A model generated the notes under the pieces. The model was not told the DNA's origin and did no database searches. It saw nothing but the letters and a program-made list of their open reading frames with translations. A DNA stretch of 64,000 bases from contig CAYOQF010000011.1 of assembly GCA_964406055.1 (NCBI GenBank), forward strand, positions 7,416 through 71,415, written 5' to 3'. Both the position numbers and the translations under genes were made by a program. The stretch's first letter is position 1. The number at the start of each line of letters is the position of its first letter. This document shows positions 6,875 through 15,084 of the stretch, one piece after another. Source of the stretch: an uncultured Syntrophorhabdaceae bacterium (GTDB taxonomy: Bacteria; Desulfobacterota; Syntrophorhabdia; Syntrophorhabdales; Syntrophorhabdaceae).

Positions 6875-7324
6875 TCAGTAGAGCATGACGTCGAACTCGC
6901 AGTAATTGTAACCCACCGACCAGCTTTTCGTCTGGGTGGACCGGGCCCTTTTGCTGAACACCTTCTCCAGCAAACCGGCGATGATGCCGCTCTCCATGTC
7001 GCAGAACATCTCCCCCGTGAAGGTGAAACCGGCGCAGGTGAGACACTCGTACAATCTCACCACCACATGGTCCTCCTCCGCCACGTCCACTTCGGCGATC
7101 CCCACCTTCAGTTCTGCAATCCTTTCCTTGAATTCCTCGACCGTTGCGGCCTCGAAGAGGCCTCCCACCTGCTTGCCCAGCATATACAGCGTGGCCCCTG
7201 AGCTGGCCCCGAGGATCTTTCTCATCCCGATGATCCGCAGCGTGCGGTAGAGCAGAAGGGGAATGTCATCGCCGAGGTTCGGCCTTACGATATCCTTGAT
7301 GTCGTCCAGGGAGTAGTCTTTCAT
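6875..7324 (-). CDS. V4R (4-vinyl reductase) domain protein
   Basis: 149 aa with the characteristic YECLTCAG..C..ESG..AG pattern of V4R small-molecule-binding domains. Its stop lies 1 nt from the kinase ATG. Confidence 0.65.
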   Translation of the reverse strand: MKDYSLDDIKDIVRPNLGDDIPLLLYRTLRIIGMRKILGASSGATLYMLGKQVGGLFEAATVEEFKERIAELKVGIAEVDVAEEDHVVVRLYECLTCAGFTFTGEMFCDMESGIIAGLLEKVFSKRARSTQTKSWSVGYNYCEFDVMLY

Positions 7325-7399
7325 CGTTCTCTGTCCTCCGGGTTTCCGTATCCCTTCAGCGAAGGGGGGCGCGGGACGGCATGGTGCGGAAGAGGTACA

Positions 7400-8200
7400 C
7401 TATGCCGGGGGCCGGGTAAAGGGTACCGGCTCCAGCTTCAGGATTTCGAGCATGCCTTTATGGATAAGGCCGTTGGAGGCCACGATCTCATCACCGTAGA
7501 TGGAAAAGGGGCCGCCCTTGAAATCGGTGACCACACCACCGGCCTCCCGGACGATGAGGGAGCCGCCGGCCACGTCCCAGGGGTTGAGCTTCAGTTCCCA
7601 GAAACCGTCAAAGCGCGAACAGGCCAGGTAACAGAGGTTCAGGGCTGCGGAGCCGTCCCTTCGTACCGCCTGGGCCGAGTAGATGAAGCGCAGGAAGTTG
7701 TCGATGTTGTTTCTCCTGCTCGTGGGAAGGTCATAGGGGAATCCCGTGCTCAAAAGACTTTTTTTCATCTCCCCCACGGCCGAAACCCGGATGGCCTCCC
7801 CGTTGAGCCACGCCCCCGCGCCTTTACGGGCCCAGAAGAGCTCCTCGAAAATGGGGTTGTAGACCACGGCCAGGGTCACCTCCCCCGCCTCCTCATAGGC
7901 GATGGAGGTGCAGAAAAAGGGGTACCCGTGGGCATAGTTGGTGGTCCCGTCAAGGGGGTCCACGATCCACCGGTTCCCGGAGCCGCCGTAACGGTTTTCC
8001 TTTTCTTCGCTGATCACTTCGTCCCCGGGGAAGGTCGCGCCGATCATTTCCAGAATCCTGGCCTGACAGGCCATATCGATGTCGGTCACCAGGTTGATCT
8101 CCCCTTTGTGGCGGATGCCGAATCCCTTCTGAAAGTGGGCCCGCTGGATCTTCCCCGACTCGAGGGCGCATCGTACCGCGAAGTGAAGAAGACTGTCCAT
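7400..8200 (-). CDS. inositol monophosphatase family protein (SuhB-like)
   Basis: WIVDPLDGTTNY and WDVAGG motifs. Start at ATG 8200. The rest of the 625-aa track ORF is antisense to the next gene. Confidence 0.85.
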   Translation of the reverse strand: MDSLLHFAVRCALESGKIQRAHFQKGFGIRHKGEINLVTDIDMACQARILEMIGATFPGDEVISEEKENRYGGSGNRWIVDPLDGTTNYAHGYPFFCTSIAYEEAGEVTLAVVYNPIFEELFWARKGAGAWLNGEAIRVSAVGEMKKSLLSTGFPYDLPTSRRNNIDNFLRFIYSAQAVRRDGSAALNLCYLACSRFDGFWELKLNPWDVAGGSLIVREAGGVVTDFKGGPFSIYGDEIVASNGLIHKGMLEILKLEPVPFTRPPA

Positions 8201-8207
8201 AGGGCTT

Positions 8208-8236
8208 ATTGTACTGTCCCGGGAAGCCATTTGCAA
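8208..8236 (-). promoter_or_regulatory. promoter of the IMPase-family gene (leaderless arrangement)
   Basis: On the minus strand: TTGCAA (8236-8231), 17 nt, TACAAT (8213-8208), then 7 nt to ATG 8200. Confidence 0.5.
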
Positions 8237-8272
8237 TAAAAAGGCCGGCGCCCTTCCAGCCCGCTCTTCGGT

Positions 8273-8301
8273 TTGACAAAAGGGGGGGCGTGGGATACTA
8301 T
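8273..8301 (+). promoter_or_regulatory. promoter of the GalT-like gene (leaderless arrangement)
   Basis: TTGACA 8273-8278, 17 nt, TACTAT 8296-8301, then 7 nt to GTG 8309. The track start TTG 8273 is the -35 box. Confidence 0.55.
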
Positions 8302-8308
8302 TAACTCC

Positions 8309-9286
8309 GTGGCGGAACTTCGACGGGATCCCATCTACGGCAACTGGGTGGTTTCGGGATACAAGAGCATTCAGAGCAATCCCGTCGGTGATTGCCCCTT
8401 CTGCCCGGGGAACGAAGGGCTCACCCCGAAGCCGATCCGTGAAGTCAAAGGCGAGGACGGTTTGTGGCTCCAGCGGGTCTTTCCCGCTTCCAACCCCATT
8501 TTCGTGATCGAGGAAGGGGAGAACAAAAGAGCCGAGGGCCTGTACGACAAGATGGGCAATGTGGGGGCCCACGAGATCGTGGTCGATCACCGCTCCCACA
8601 CGGCCACCATGTCTTCCTTTACCGAAAGGGAACTTTATCTCCTTCTCAGGACCTACGGCGAGCGGGTACGGGACCTCAAGCGGGACAGGCGGTTCAAGCA
8701 CGTGCAGGTCTTCAAGAACCACGGCGAGCTTGCAGGCTCGTACATCTTTCACCCCCATTCCCACGTCCTGGCCACACCGGTCATTCCCCAAAGCACGGAA
8801 CGGCAGGTGGAGAACGCAAGGCGCCACTTTCTCCAGAAAGAGCGATGCCTCTTCTGCGACATCGTGAAACAGGAGATACGGCAGGGCAAACGGGTCGTCA
8901 ACCTTTCGGCCAATTTCGTGGCCTTCTGTCCCTTCGCCTCCAAGTTCCCCTTCGAGTCGTGGATCATGCCGCGGTTTCACAGTCCCAGTTTTGAGGAGGT
9001 GGAGGAGGAGTCTCTCCTCTATGAGCTTGCAGGGGTCCTCCTGGACCTTATCCGGAGGATCGAGAAGGTAACCAACGCCTACACCATGCTCTTCCACGCG
9101 GCGCCGAACGTGGACAAGGCCGGGGCGGGAGAGACAGATCTTCCGCTCGGCGACTATTATCACTGGCACATCGAGATCCTTCCCAGGGACTTCAAATCTT
9201 CCAAGTACAAACGGGAAGACCAGTTCTATGTGGTTTCCATCACACCGGAGGATGCGGCGAACGCCCTTAAGGCTCAAAAGGCGTAG
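8309..9286 (+). CDS. galactose-1-phosphate uridylyltransferase-like (GalT-fold, HIT superfamily) protein
   Basis: N-terminal ELRRDPIYGNWV, zinc CPFCPGNE, nucleotidyl-His motif FHPHSHV, and a second half-barrel YHWHIEILPR. Confidence 0.7.
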   Translation: MAELRRDPIYGNWVVSGYKSIQSNPVGDCPFCPGNEGLTPKPIREVKGEDGLWLQRVFPASNPIFVIEEGENKRAEGLYDKMGNVGAHEIVVDHRSHTATMSSFTERELYLLLRTYGERVRDLKRDRRFKHVQVFKNHGELAGSYIFHPHSHVLATPVIPQSTERQVENARRHFLQKERCLFCDIVKQEIRQGKRVVNLSANFVAFCPFASKFPFESWIMPRFHSPSFEEVEEESLLYELAGVLLDLIRRIEKVTNAYTMLFHAAPNVDKAGAGETDLPLGDYYHWHIEILPRDFKSSKYKREDQFYVVSITPEDAANALKAQKA

Positions 9287-9294
9287 GAGGGATA

Positions 9295-9516
9295 ATGAAA
9301 AGGATGCTTCTGTGGTTCTTCCTGGGTGTCGTCTTCTCCCTCTCGGTCATGATGATCGTCTTCGGCATCATGTTCATCAGGGACGTGTACCTTCATCAGG
9401 ACGAGGCGGTCTTCGGCAGCTTTATTTTCGGGGTGATCCTTCTCCTCGTGGGGGGTGGGCTCCTGTGTTCCACCGTGGCTGAGACGGTGCAAAGGGTTTT
9501 CCAGAAGAAATTGTAG
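9295..9516 (+). CDS. small membrane protein (two predicted TM helices)
   Basis: AGGAGG upstream of ATG 9295. Two hydrophobic stretches (LLWFFLGVVFSLSVMMIVFGIMFI and FGSFIFGVILLLVGGGLL). Confidence 0.5.
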   Translation: MKRMLLWFFLGVVFSLSVMMIVFGIMFIRDVYLHQDEAVFGSFIFGVILLLVGGGLLCSTVAETVQRVFQKKL

Positions 9517-9553
9517 GTCCCAACATCCTGTTTTCTCCCGCCGAAAAAAGACC

Positions 9554-9581
9554 TTGACATCCTTTCATCACTAAATATAGT
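9554..9581 (+). promoter_or_regulatory. promoter of the nrdD operon
   Basis: TTGACA 9554-9559, 16 nt, TATAGT 9576-9581. About 130-nt leader to ATG 9722. Confidence 0.6.
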
Positions 9582-9583
9582 AT
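9568..9583. promoter_or_regulatory. NrdR box 1 (overlaps the -10)
   Basis: TCACTAAATATAGTAT matches about 13/16 of the palindromic NrdR-box consensus as I recall it (acaCwAtATaTwGtgt). Confidence 0.5.
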
Positions 9584-9598
9584 ACACCATTAGTGATA

Positions 9599-9614
9599 CT
9601 ACTAAATATGGGGT
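9599..9614. promoter_or_regulatory. NrdR box 2
   Basis: CTACTAAATATGGGGT matches about 11/16. It starts 31 bp after box 1, the typical tandem NrdR-box phasing. Confidence 0.45.
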
Positions 9615-9721
9615 TTGTTGGGCAATTTTCCTAATTCAGCGTGCGTGACGTTTCGTGTCCAAGGGGGGACCGTTGCGCTCACGACCGTACAACAACGAGT
9701 TTACTGCTAAAGGGGACAGAG

Positions 9722-11806
9722 ATGGAGACAACCGATCTCAATCTATTCGTAAGGACGTCTGAAGAGACAATTTCCGACTGGGACCGATCGAAGATCGTGG
9801 ATGCCCTGATTCGGGAGACCCTCATCGATCAGGACACGGCGAATGAGATAAGCCGCGAAGCGGAAAAGATGATACGGAAATCCGGGGTCAAGATCGTGAC
9901 GGCCCCGCTCATCAGGGAGCTGGTCAACGCCAAGCTCATCGAAAAGGGGCTCGAGAGCGCCCGGAAGATGCACACGCGACTCGGTATGCCGGTTTTCGAC
10001 GTGGACAGCCTGATCCTCCACCCGAACAAAGAGAACGCCAACGTCCCCCACGGACCGGAGGCCACAAATCTCACCCTGGCGGAACGGATCAAAAAGGAGT
10101 ACGCCCTCCTCTCCGTCTTCTCCCAGGAGGTGGCCGATGCCCATATGAACGGGGACGTCCATATCCACGACCTGGGGTTCATCGACAGGCCCTACTGCAG
10201 CGGCCAGTCACTGGAATACATCAAGAAGTTCGGCCTCAATCTGCCTCACTCCCTGTCCATGGCAAAACCGGCCAAGCACCCGGAGGTGCTTCTCGCCCAC
10301 CTGATCAAGTTCGCCGCTGCCCTCCAGAGCAATTTCGCAGGGGCCATCGGCTGGGACGCCATCAACATCTTCTTCGCGCCGTACTTCGAGGGGATGAGTG
10401 ACAGGGAGGTAAAGCAGTTGGCCCAGATGCTCATCTTCGAGTTCTCCCAGCAGGCGGTGGCACGGGGTGGGCAGGCCATATTCTCCGACATCAACCTCTA
10501 CTGGGAAGTGCCGAAGCACTTTGAGAATACACCCGCCATCGGACCGGGAGGACGGTTCACCGGCAAGACCTACGGCGAGTATGCCAAAGAAGCGCAACGC
10601 TTCGCCTGGACGCTTTTCGACGTCTTCAAGGAAGGTGACGGGGCGGGCCGACCCTTCTTCTTCCCCAAACCCATCGTCCATATTACGGAGAAGTTCTTCC
10701 GTACCGAGGGAAGTGTCGACTTCCTCAACCACATCTCCGACATTGCCTCTGAAAAGGGCAACACCTACTTCGTCTTTGACCGGGGCGAAACGGCGAAGAT
10801 ATCGGAGTGCTGCCGCCTCAGCTTCAAGCTGGAGGAGCAGGATCTGCTCGACGCGCGGGAGCCCTGGCGCATGAGATACTGCGCCCTCCAGAACGTGTCC
10901 CTCAACCTCCCCAGAATGGCCTATCTGGCCAGGAACGACGACACGAGGCTTTTCAACCTTATTACGGAGCGCTTCGTACTGGCGGTAAAGGCCCACAAGG
11001 AGAAGAGGGTCTTTCTTGAGAAACTGCTTTCCCTTGGCGAGGACGGCCCCCTGGCGCTCCTCTGCATGAAGCGGGACGGCATGCCCTATCTCAGGTTCGA
11101 CAAGGCCTCCCACCTCGTGGGTATGGTGGGTCTGAACGAGATGGTGCAGATCCACACGGGAGAGGAGATGCACGAGTCCCGGAAGGCCCTGAAGTTCGGC
11201 CTCAAGGTCATCGCCCATATGAAACTCCTCTCCGACAAGATGCGGGAGAAGGAAGGCTTTAAGGTGGTCCTCGAACAGACCCCCGCGGAAAGCACCAGCT
11301 ATCGCTTTGCACGTCTCGACCTTCGGTATTTCTCCCCTCTCTCCGGGAGGGTGGTGAAGGGAGACATCGCCTCGGGAGAGGTGTACTACACCAATTCCAC
11401 CCATCTGAACGTGAAGAACCCGATGAATCCGATCGAGCGCGTGACCACGGAAGGCCTTTTCCATCCCCTCATCGAGGCCGGCTCCATATCTCACGTGTGG
11501 CTGGGCGAGGCGCAACCGTCGAAGGAGGCGATCGCCGATTTCGTGGTCAAGACCTTCAAGTACACCACGAACGATCAGATCGCCTTCTCGCCTGAATTTA
11601 CCACATGCAACGCCTGCAACCGGACCGGGAGGGTGCTCACCCATTCGTGCAGCTACTGCGGATGCCTGGATGTGGACGGTATCTCCCGGATTACGGGGTA
11701 TTTCACCAAGGTTTCGAGTTGGAACAAGGGAAAACTGGGGGAACTGAAAGACCGCCACAGGAACAACGACTATTTCTGCAGCGCCGACATGGCGGTCAAT
11801 GAGTAG
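9722..11806 (+). CDS. nrdD: anaerobic ribonucleoside-triphosphate reductase (class III), NrdD
   Basis: N-terminal ATP-cone-like region, C-terminal zinc ribbon CNACN..CSYCG, and glycyl-radical motif SRITGYF. Start at ATG 9722 (METTDLNLFV..). Confidence 0.9.
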   Translation: METTDLNLFVRTSEETISDWDRSKIVDALIRETLIDQDTANEISREAEKMIRKSGVKIVTAPLIRELVNAKLIEKGLESARKMHTRLGMPVFDVDSLILHPNKENANVPHGPEATNLTLAERIKKEYALLSVFSQEVADAHMNGDVHIHDLGFIDRPYCSGQSLEYIKKFGLNLPHSLSMAKPAKHPEVLLAHLIKFAAALQSNFAGAIGWDAINIFFAPYFEGMSDREVKQLAQMLIFEFSQQAVARGGQAIFSDINLYWEVPKHFENTPAIGPGGRFTGKTYGEYAKEAQRFAWTLFDVFKEGDGAGRPFFFPKPIVHITEKFFRTEGSVDFLNHISDIASEKGNTYFVFDRGETAKISECCRLSFKLEEQDLLDAREPWRMRYCALQNVSLNLPRMAYLARNDDTRLFNLITERFVLAVKAHKEKRVFLEKLLSLGEDGPLALLCMKRDGMPYLRFDKASHLVGMVGLNEMVQIHTGEEMHESRKALKFGLKVIAHMKLLSDKMREKEGFKVVLEQTPAESTSYRFARLDLRYFSPLSGRVVKGDIASGEVYYTNSTHLNVKNPMNPIERVTTEGLFHPLIEAGSISHVWLGEAQPSKEAIADFVVKTFKYTTNDQIAFSPEFTTCNACNRTGRVLTHSCSYCGCLDVDGISRITGYFTKVSSWNKGKLGELKDRHRNNDYFCSADMAVNE

Positions 11807-11853
11807 GACAAACGCATGAAGACCACTGAAGCGACCATGAAATCGGAGGGATT

Positions 11854-12117
11854 ATGGGTATTGTGAAGATCTTCTACAAGGACGACTGTCCGATGTGCCC
11901 CATGGCAAAGAACCTGAAGGACCGGTTGATCGAACAGAACATAGGGGTTCATTATCTGAACGTTGAAACGGCCGAGGGTCTCGCCGAGGCGGCTTTCCAC
12001 CGGGTGATGGCCATCCCTACCGTCTTCGTCGAAGACGAAGCGGAGAACGAGATCGGCGCCTGGAGGGGCAGCGTTCCCCAGATGGACGAGGTTGTCCGTG
12101 CGGTCCGGGGCGACTGA
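11854..12117 (+). CDS. glutaredoxin/NrdH-like thioredoxin-fold redoxin
   Basis: 87 aa with a CPMC active site after the first beta strand (IFYKDDCPMCPMAK). Located between nrdD and nrdG. Confidence 0.7.
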   Translation: MGIVKIFYKDDCPMCPMAKNLKDRLIEQNIGVHYLNVETAEGLAEAAFHRVMAIPTVFVEDEAENEIGAWRGSVPQMDEVVRAVRGD

Positions 12118-12826
12118 AGTCCCTCTCAAGGGATTTCTTGAGACGAGCTTCATAGACTGGAGGGGTCACCTCTCTTCCGTTCTTTTCACCGGCGGGTGCA
12201 ACTTCCGGTGTCCTTTCTGTCACAACCGGGAACTGGTGGTCAGGGGGGCAAAGGTGGCGGACATTGATCTTCATCATGTCCTGTCCCGTCTGAGAAGGTT
12301 TCGTCAGTGGGTGGAGAGGGTGGTGGTGACCGGCGGAGAACCTACCATCCACAGAGGACTCCCCCTCCTTCTCACTGCCCTGAGAAAGGAAGGCATGAAG
12401 ATCAAGCTCGATACCAACGGGTCGGCGCCGGATGTCCTTGAAGGCCTCCTCTCCGCCGGACTCGTCGATTACATCGCCATGGACCTCAAGGGACCTCTTC
12501 ATTCCTACCCGCGGTGGTGCGGGGTGCCGGTGGACCGGTCCCGGATCGAGAAAAGCGTGGCCCTCCTCCTCCAGGGCAAGGTGGATTATGAGTTCCGCAT
12601 GACCGTTGTTCCCTTCTTTCACAGGGAACGGGATGTCTACGACACGGTGGCCCTCGTGCCCCAGGCCAGACGCTTTGTGGTCCAGGCCTTCAAGCCCCAG
12701 AACACCCTTGAGCCTTCCTTCGCCCACATCCGCCCCTTTTCACCGGAAAAGATAAAAAAAATAAGGGAGAATGTGGCCGAAATCCTTGATCCCGGACGCA
12801 TTCTCCCCAAGACGGGAGAGCACTGA
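12092..12826 (+). CDS. nrdG: anaerobic ribonucleotide reductase activating protein (radical SAM), NrdG
   Basis: CNFRCPFCHN CX3CX2C motif. Overlaps the redoxin gene end. Start is TTG 12092 or GTG 12098. Confidence 0.85.
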   Translation: MSVRSGATEVPLKGFLETSFIDWRGHLSSVLFTGGCNFRCPFCHNRELVVRGAKVADIDLHHVLSRLRRFRQWVERVVVTGGEPTIHRGLPLLLTALRKEGMKIKLDTNGSAPDVLEGLLSAGLVDYIAMDLKGPLHSYPRWCGVPVDRSRIEKSVALLLQGKVDYEFRMTVVPFFHRERDVYDTVALVPQARRFVVQAFKPQNTLEPSFAHIRPFSPEKIKKIRENVAEILDPGRILPKTGEH

Positions 12827-12833
12827 CAGGAGG

Positions 12834-14348
12834 CTATTCCAGGAAGCTCTCCAGCCGCTTCCGCCGCGACGGGTGCTTCAGTTTTCGTAATGCCTTTGCC
12901 TCAATCTGCCGGATCCGCTCCCTCGTGAGACCGAACACCTCGCCCACCTCTTCAAGGGTAAAGTCCGTCTTCTCCCCGATCCCGAGGCGCATACGAATGA
13001 CCTTCTCCTCCCGTGGGGTGAGGGTGGAGAGGACCTTGGAGATCTCTTCCTTCAGGGAGATGTTCACGAGCTCGTTGAAAGGCGACGGCGATTTGGGGTC
13101 TGCAATGAAGTCTCCCAGCTTCGATTCATCATCGCCGATGGGCGTTTCTATGGAGATCGGCTCGTTGGACACCTTCATGATCTTTCTTACCTTCTCCAGA
13201 GGGAGGCCGGCCTTCAGGGAGATCTCCTCGAGGTTGGGTTCCCTGCCCAGCTCCTGAAAGAGGGAGATGGTTACCTTGGTGATCTTGTTCATTGTCTCCA
13301 GGACATGGACAGGCACCCGTATGGTGCGGGCATAGTCGGCGATGGCCCTGGTGATGGCCTGCCGTATCCACCACGTGGAATAGGTCGAGAACTTGTAGCC
13401 TTTCTGATAGTCATACTTCTCCGCCGCCTTCATGAGCCCCATGTTGCCCTCCTGGATAAGATCGAGGAAGGACAGGCCGCGGTTCAGGTATTTTTTCGCT
13501 ATATTGATGACAAGGCGGAGATTGGCCTGGATGAGCCTGTTTTTCACCATTTTGAGGCTGGTTTCAATGTCCCGTATCTCGCTGAGATAGGCGTCCACGT
13601 TGTCTCTCTCCTTTTCGTCGAGAAACCGTTTCTGCCTCTCCACCCGCCGGATGATCTCCTCCAGGATCTTCTTGTTGAGATTGAGGCTTACGAGGGTATC
13701 CTCCATCTTCCGCTCGATGGTCTTCAGTTTCTTCTCGAAGACCTTTCGCGACACCTCGTCCGAATCGACCAGGCACTCCAGGGTCTCCTGTTTCTTCTCG
13801 AAAAGGTTCCTGGCCGTGTTGATAAGGGTCACCGTCTTCTTTTTGAACTTTTCTTCGTCTTTCTTGTTGTAGTTCATCTCGTCGACGTTCTTGATCACGT
13901 CCACGATGTTGAGGCCGTCCTTCTTCAGCTTCACCCCGATCTCGTGGAGCTCCCTGATGGCCTGGGGGATATCGAACAGGAGGTTCCTCATCTTTCCCTC
14001 CCCTTCTTCTATCCTCTTGGCTATCAGGTACTCTTCCTCGGATGTGAGAAGAGAAACGCGGCCTATGTCCTTGAGATAGGCCCAGATGATGTTGTCGGTC
14101 CGCTCGGAGGGGAAACGCTCCATCTCTCCCCATTCGTGGGACTCCTCTTCCGGGGTTTCGATCTTCTCCTTGATCGTCTCCACGATGTCGATGTTCGATT
14201 CAGAGAGGTAATCGAAAATATCCTCGATTTCTTCCGGCGACACAATGTTCTGGGGCAGGAAATCGTTGATTTCCTCAGGGGTAAGATACCCCTTCTCCAA
14301 CCCCATATCTACCAGGTGTTTTATTTCTCCGAAGTTTTTAACGGCCAT
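12834..14348 (-). CDS. rpoD: RNA polymerase primary sigma factor RpoD
   Basis: Region 2 ([19 protein letters not shown]) and region 4.2 ([20 protein letters not shown]). Start at ATG 14348 ([10 protein letters not shown]..). Confidence 0.92.
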   Translation of the reverse strand: MAVKNFGEIKHLVDMGLEKGYLTPEEINDFLPQNIVSPEEIEDIFDYLSESNIDIVETIKEKIETPEEESHEWGEMERFPSERTDNIIWAYLKDIGRVSLLTSEEEYLIAKRIEEGEGKMRNLLFDIPQAIRELHEIGVKLKKDGLNIVDVIKNVDEMNYNKKDEEKFKKKTVTLINTARNLFEKKQETLECLVDSDEVSRKVFEKKLKTIERKMEDTLVSLNLNKKILEEIIRRVERQKRFLDEKERDNVDAYLSEIRDIETSLKMVKNRLIQANLRLVINIAKKYLNRGLSFLDLIQEGNMGLMKAAEKYDYQKGYKFSTYSTWWIRQAITRAIADYARTIRVPVHVLETMNKITKVTISLFQELGREPNLEEISLKAGLPLEKVRKIMKVSNEPISIETPIGDDESKLGDFIADPKSPSPFNELVNISLKEEISKVLSTLTPREEKVIRMRLGIGEKTDFTLEEVGEVFGLTRERIRQIEAKALRKLKHPSRRKRLESFLE

Positions 14349-14364
14349 CTGAACTCCACAACGC

Positions 14365-14395
14365 AAAAAAAGCCCTTTTCGGGAACTGAAAGGGC
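14365..14395 (-). terminator. terminator-like hairpin plus U-run inside the rpoD leader
   Basis: GCCCTTT (14372-14378) pairs with AAAGGGC (14389-14395). The A7 run at 14365-14371 gives U7 after the hairpin on the minus strand. The element sits between the rpoD promoter and ATG. Confidence 0.4.
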
Positions 14396-14444
14396 GCTTT
14401 TGCTCAAAGATAAAACAGCGGTCAATCCGCCGAATATACAGTGT

Positions 14445-14474
14445 ATTATAACAGCGACAACCCCCCGTTGTCAA
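14445..14474 (-). promoter_or_regulatory. consensus promoter of rpoD
   Basis: On the minus strand: TTGACA (14474-14469), 18 nt, TGT-TATAAT (14450-14445). Confidence 0.6.
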
Positions 14475-14590
14475 GGTTACCCCGGTCGAAGGCAGCGGCA
14501 CCACGGGGCCGGAGCCGGGAAAAAGGGTTGACTCTCTCCCGGGTTTCGCGGGAATATGTAAGAAGCGGTCATTTCAACAAGGGGGTTGGT

Positions 14591-15046
14591 ATGTTCTCAC
14601 GAATCTTGTGTCCCATCGACTTTTCCGAGGTGACTGAAGAGATCATTGCCTATGCCGCAGACCTGGCAGGCAGGTACGGCTCCGAACTCCACGTCCTCCA
14701 TGTGATCCCCAACCTGAACTATTTCACGCCCTACGAGTCCTTTCTCACCCCGGAGAACCTCGTCGCCATCGAACAGAACATAGGGAGGGAGGTGGAGAGA
14801 GACTTTCAGAAGGTCCTTGCGAAACTGGACAGGGAGGTCGTCAAGGTCATACGGACCGGTGTGACCTTTGTGGAGATCATCGATTACATCAAGGAACAGG
14901 GCATAGACCTGGTGGTGATGGGCACGCACGGCCGTAGCGGCATCGAGCATATTCTTATCGGCAGCGTGGCGGAGAAGGTGGTGAGAAAGTCCCCTTGCCC
15001 GGTTCTGACCATCCGGCCCAAGGGGAGACAATTCACCATGCCCTGA
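14591..15046 (+). CDS. universal stress protein (UspA family)
   Basis: MFSRILCPIDFSE.., GTHGRSG..GSVAEKVVRKSPCPVLTI. Confidence 0.85.
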   Translation: MFSRILCPIDFSEVTEEIIAYAADLAGRYGSELHVLHVIPNLNYFTPYESFLTPENLVAIEQNIGREVERDFQKVLAKLDREVVKVIRTGVTFVEIIDYIKEQGIDLVVMGTHGRSGIEHILIGSVAEKVVRKSPCPVLTIRPKGRQFTMP

Positions 15047-15052
15047 GACCGT

Positions 15053-15084
15053 CCCGGCCCCTCAGGGCCGGGCCTCCCTCTTTT
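15053..15084 (+). terminator. rho-independent terminator after the usp gene (overlaps the 3' end of the convergent Rrf2 gene)
   Basis: CCCGGCCC-CTCA-GGGCCGGG followed by CCTCCCTCTTTT. Confidence 0.5.

Noticed and set aside
7400-9277. 625-aa ORF suggesting a very large protein
   Set aside because: Only the C-terminal 266 aa (7400-8200) have IMPase motifs and a promoter-proximal ATG. The N-terminal 359 aa are antisense to the well-supported GalT-like gene and look like a GC-rich shadow frame.
9615-9721. Cobalamin riboswitch in the nrdD leader
   Set aside because: No B12-box-like sequence was seen, and the NrdR boxes already explain regulation. The region is left unassigned.
10208-11758. 516-aa ORF antisense to nrdD
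   Set aside because: Shadow ORF. nrdD on the plus strand has unambiguous class III RNR motifs, and the antisense product has no recognisable features.
13305-14531. 408-aa ORF antisense to rpoD
   Set aside because: Shadow ORF opposite a highly conserved sigma-70 gene.
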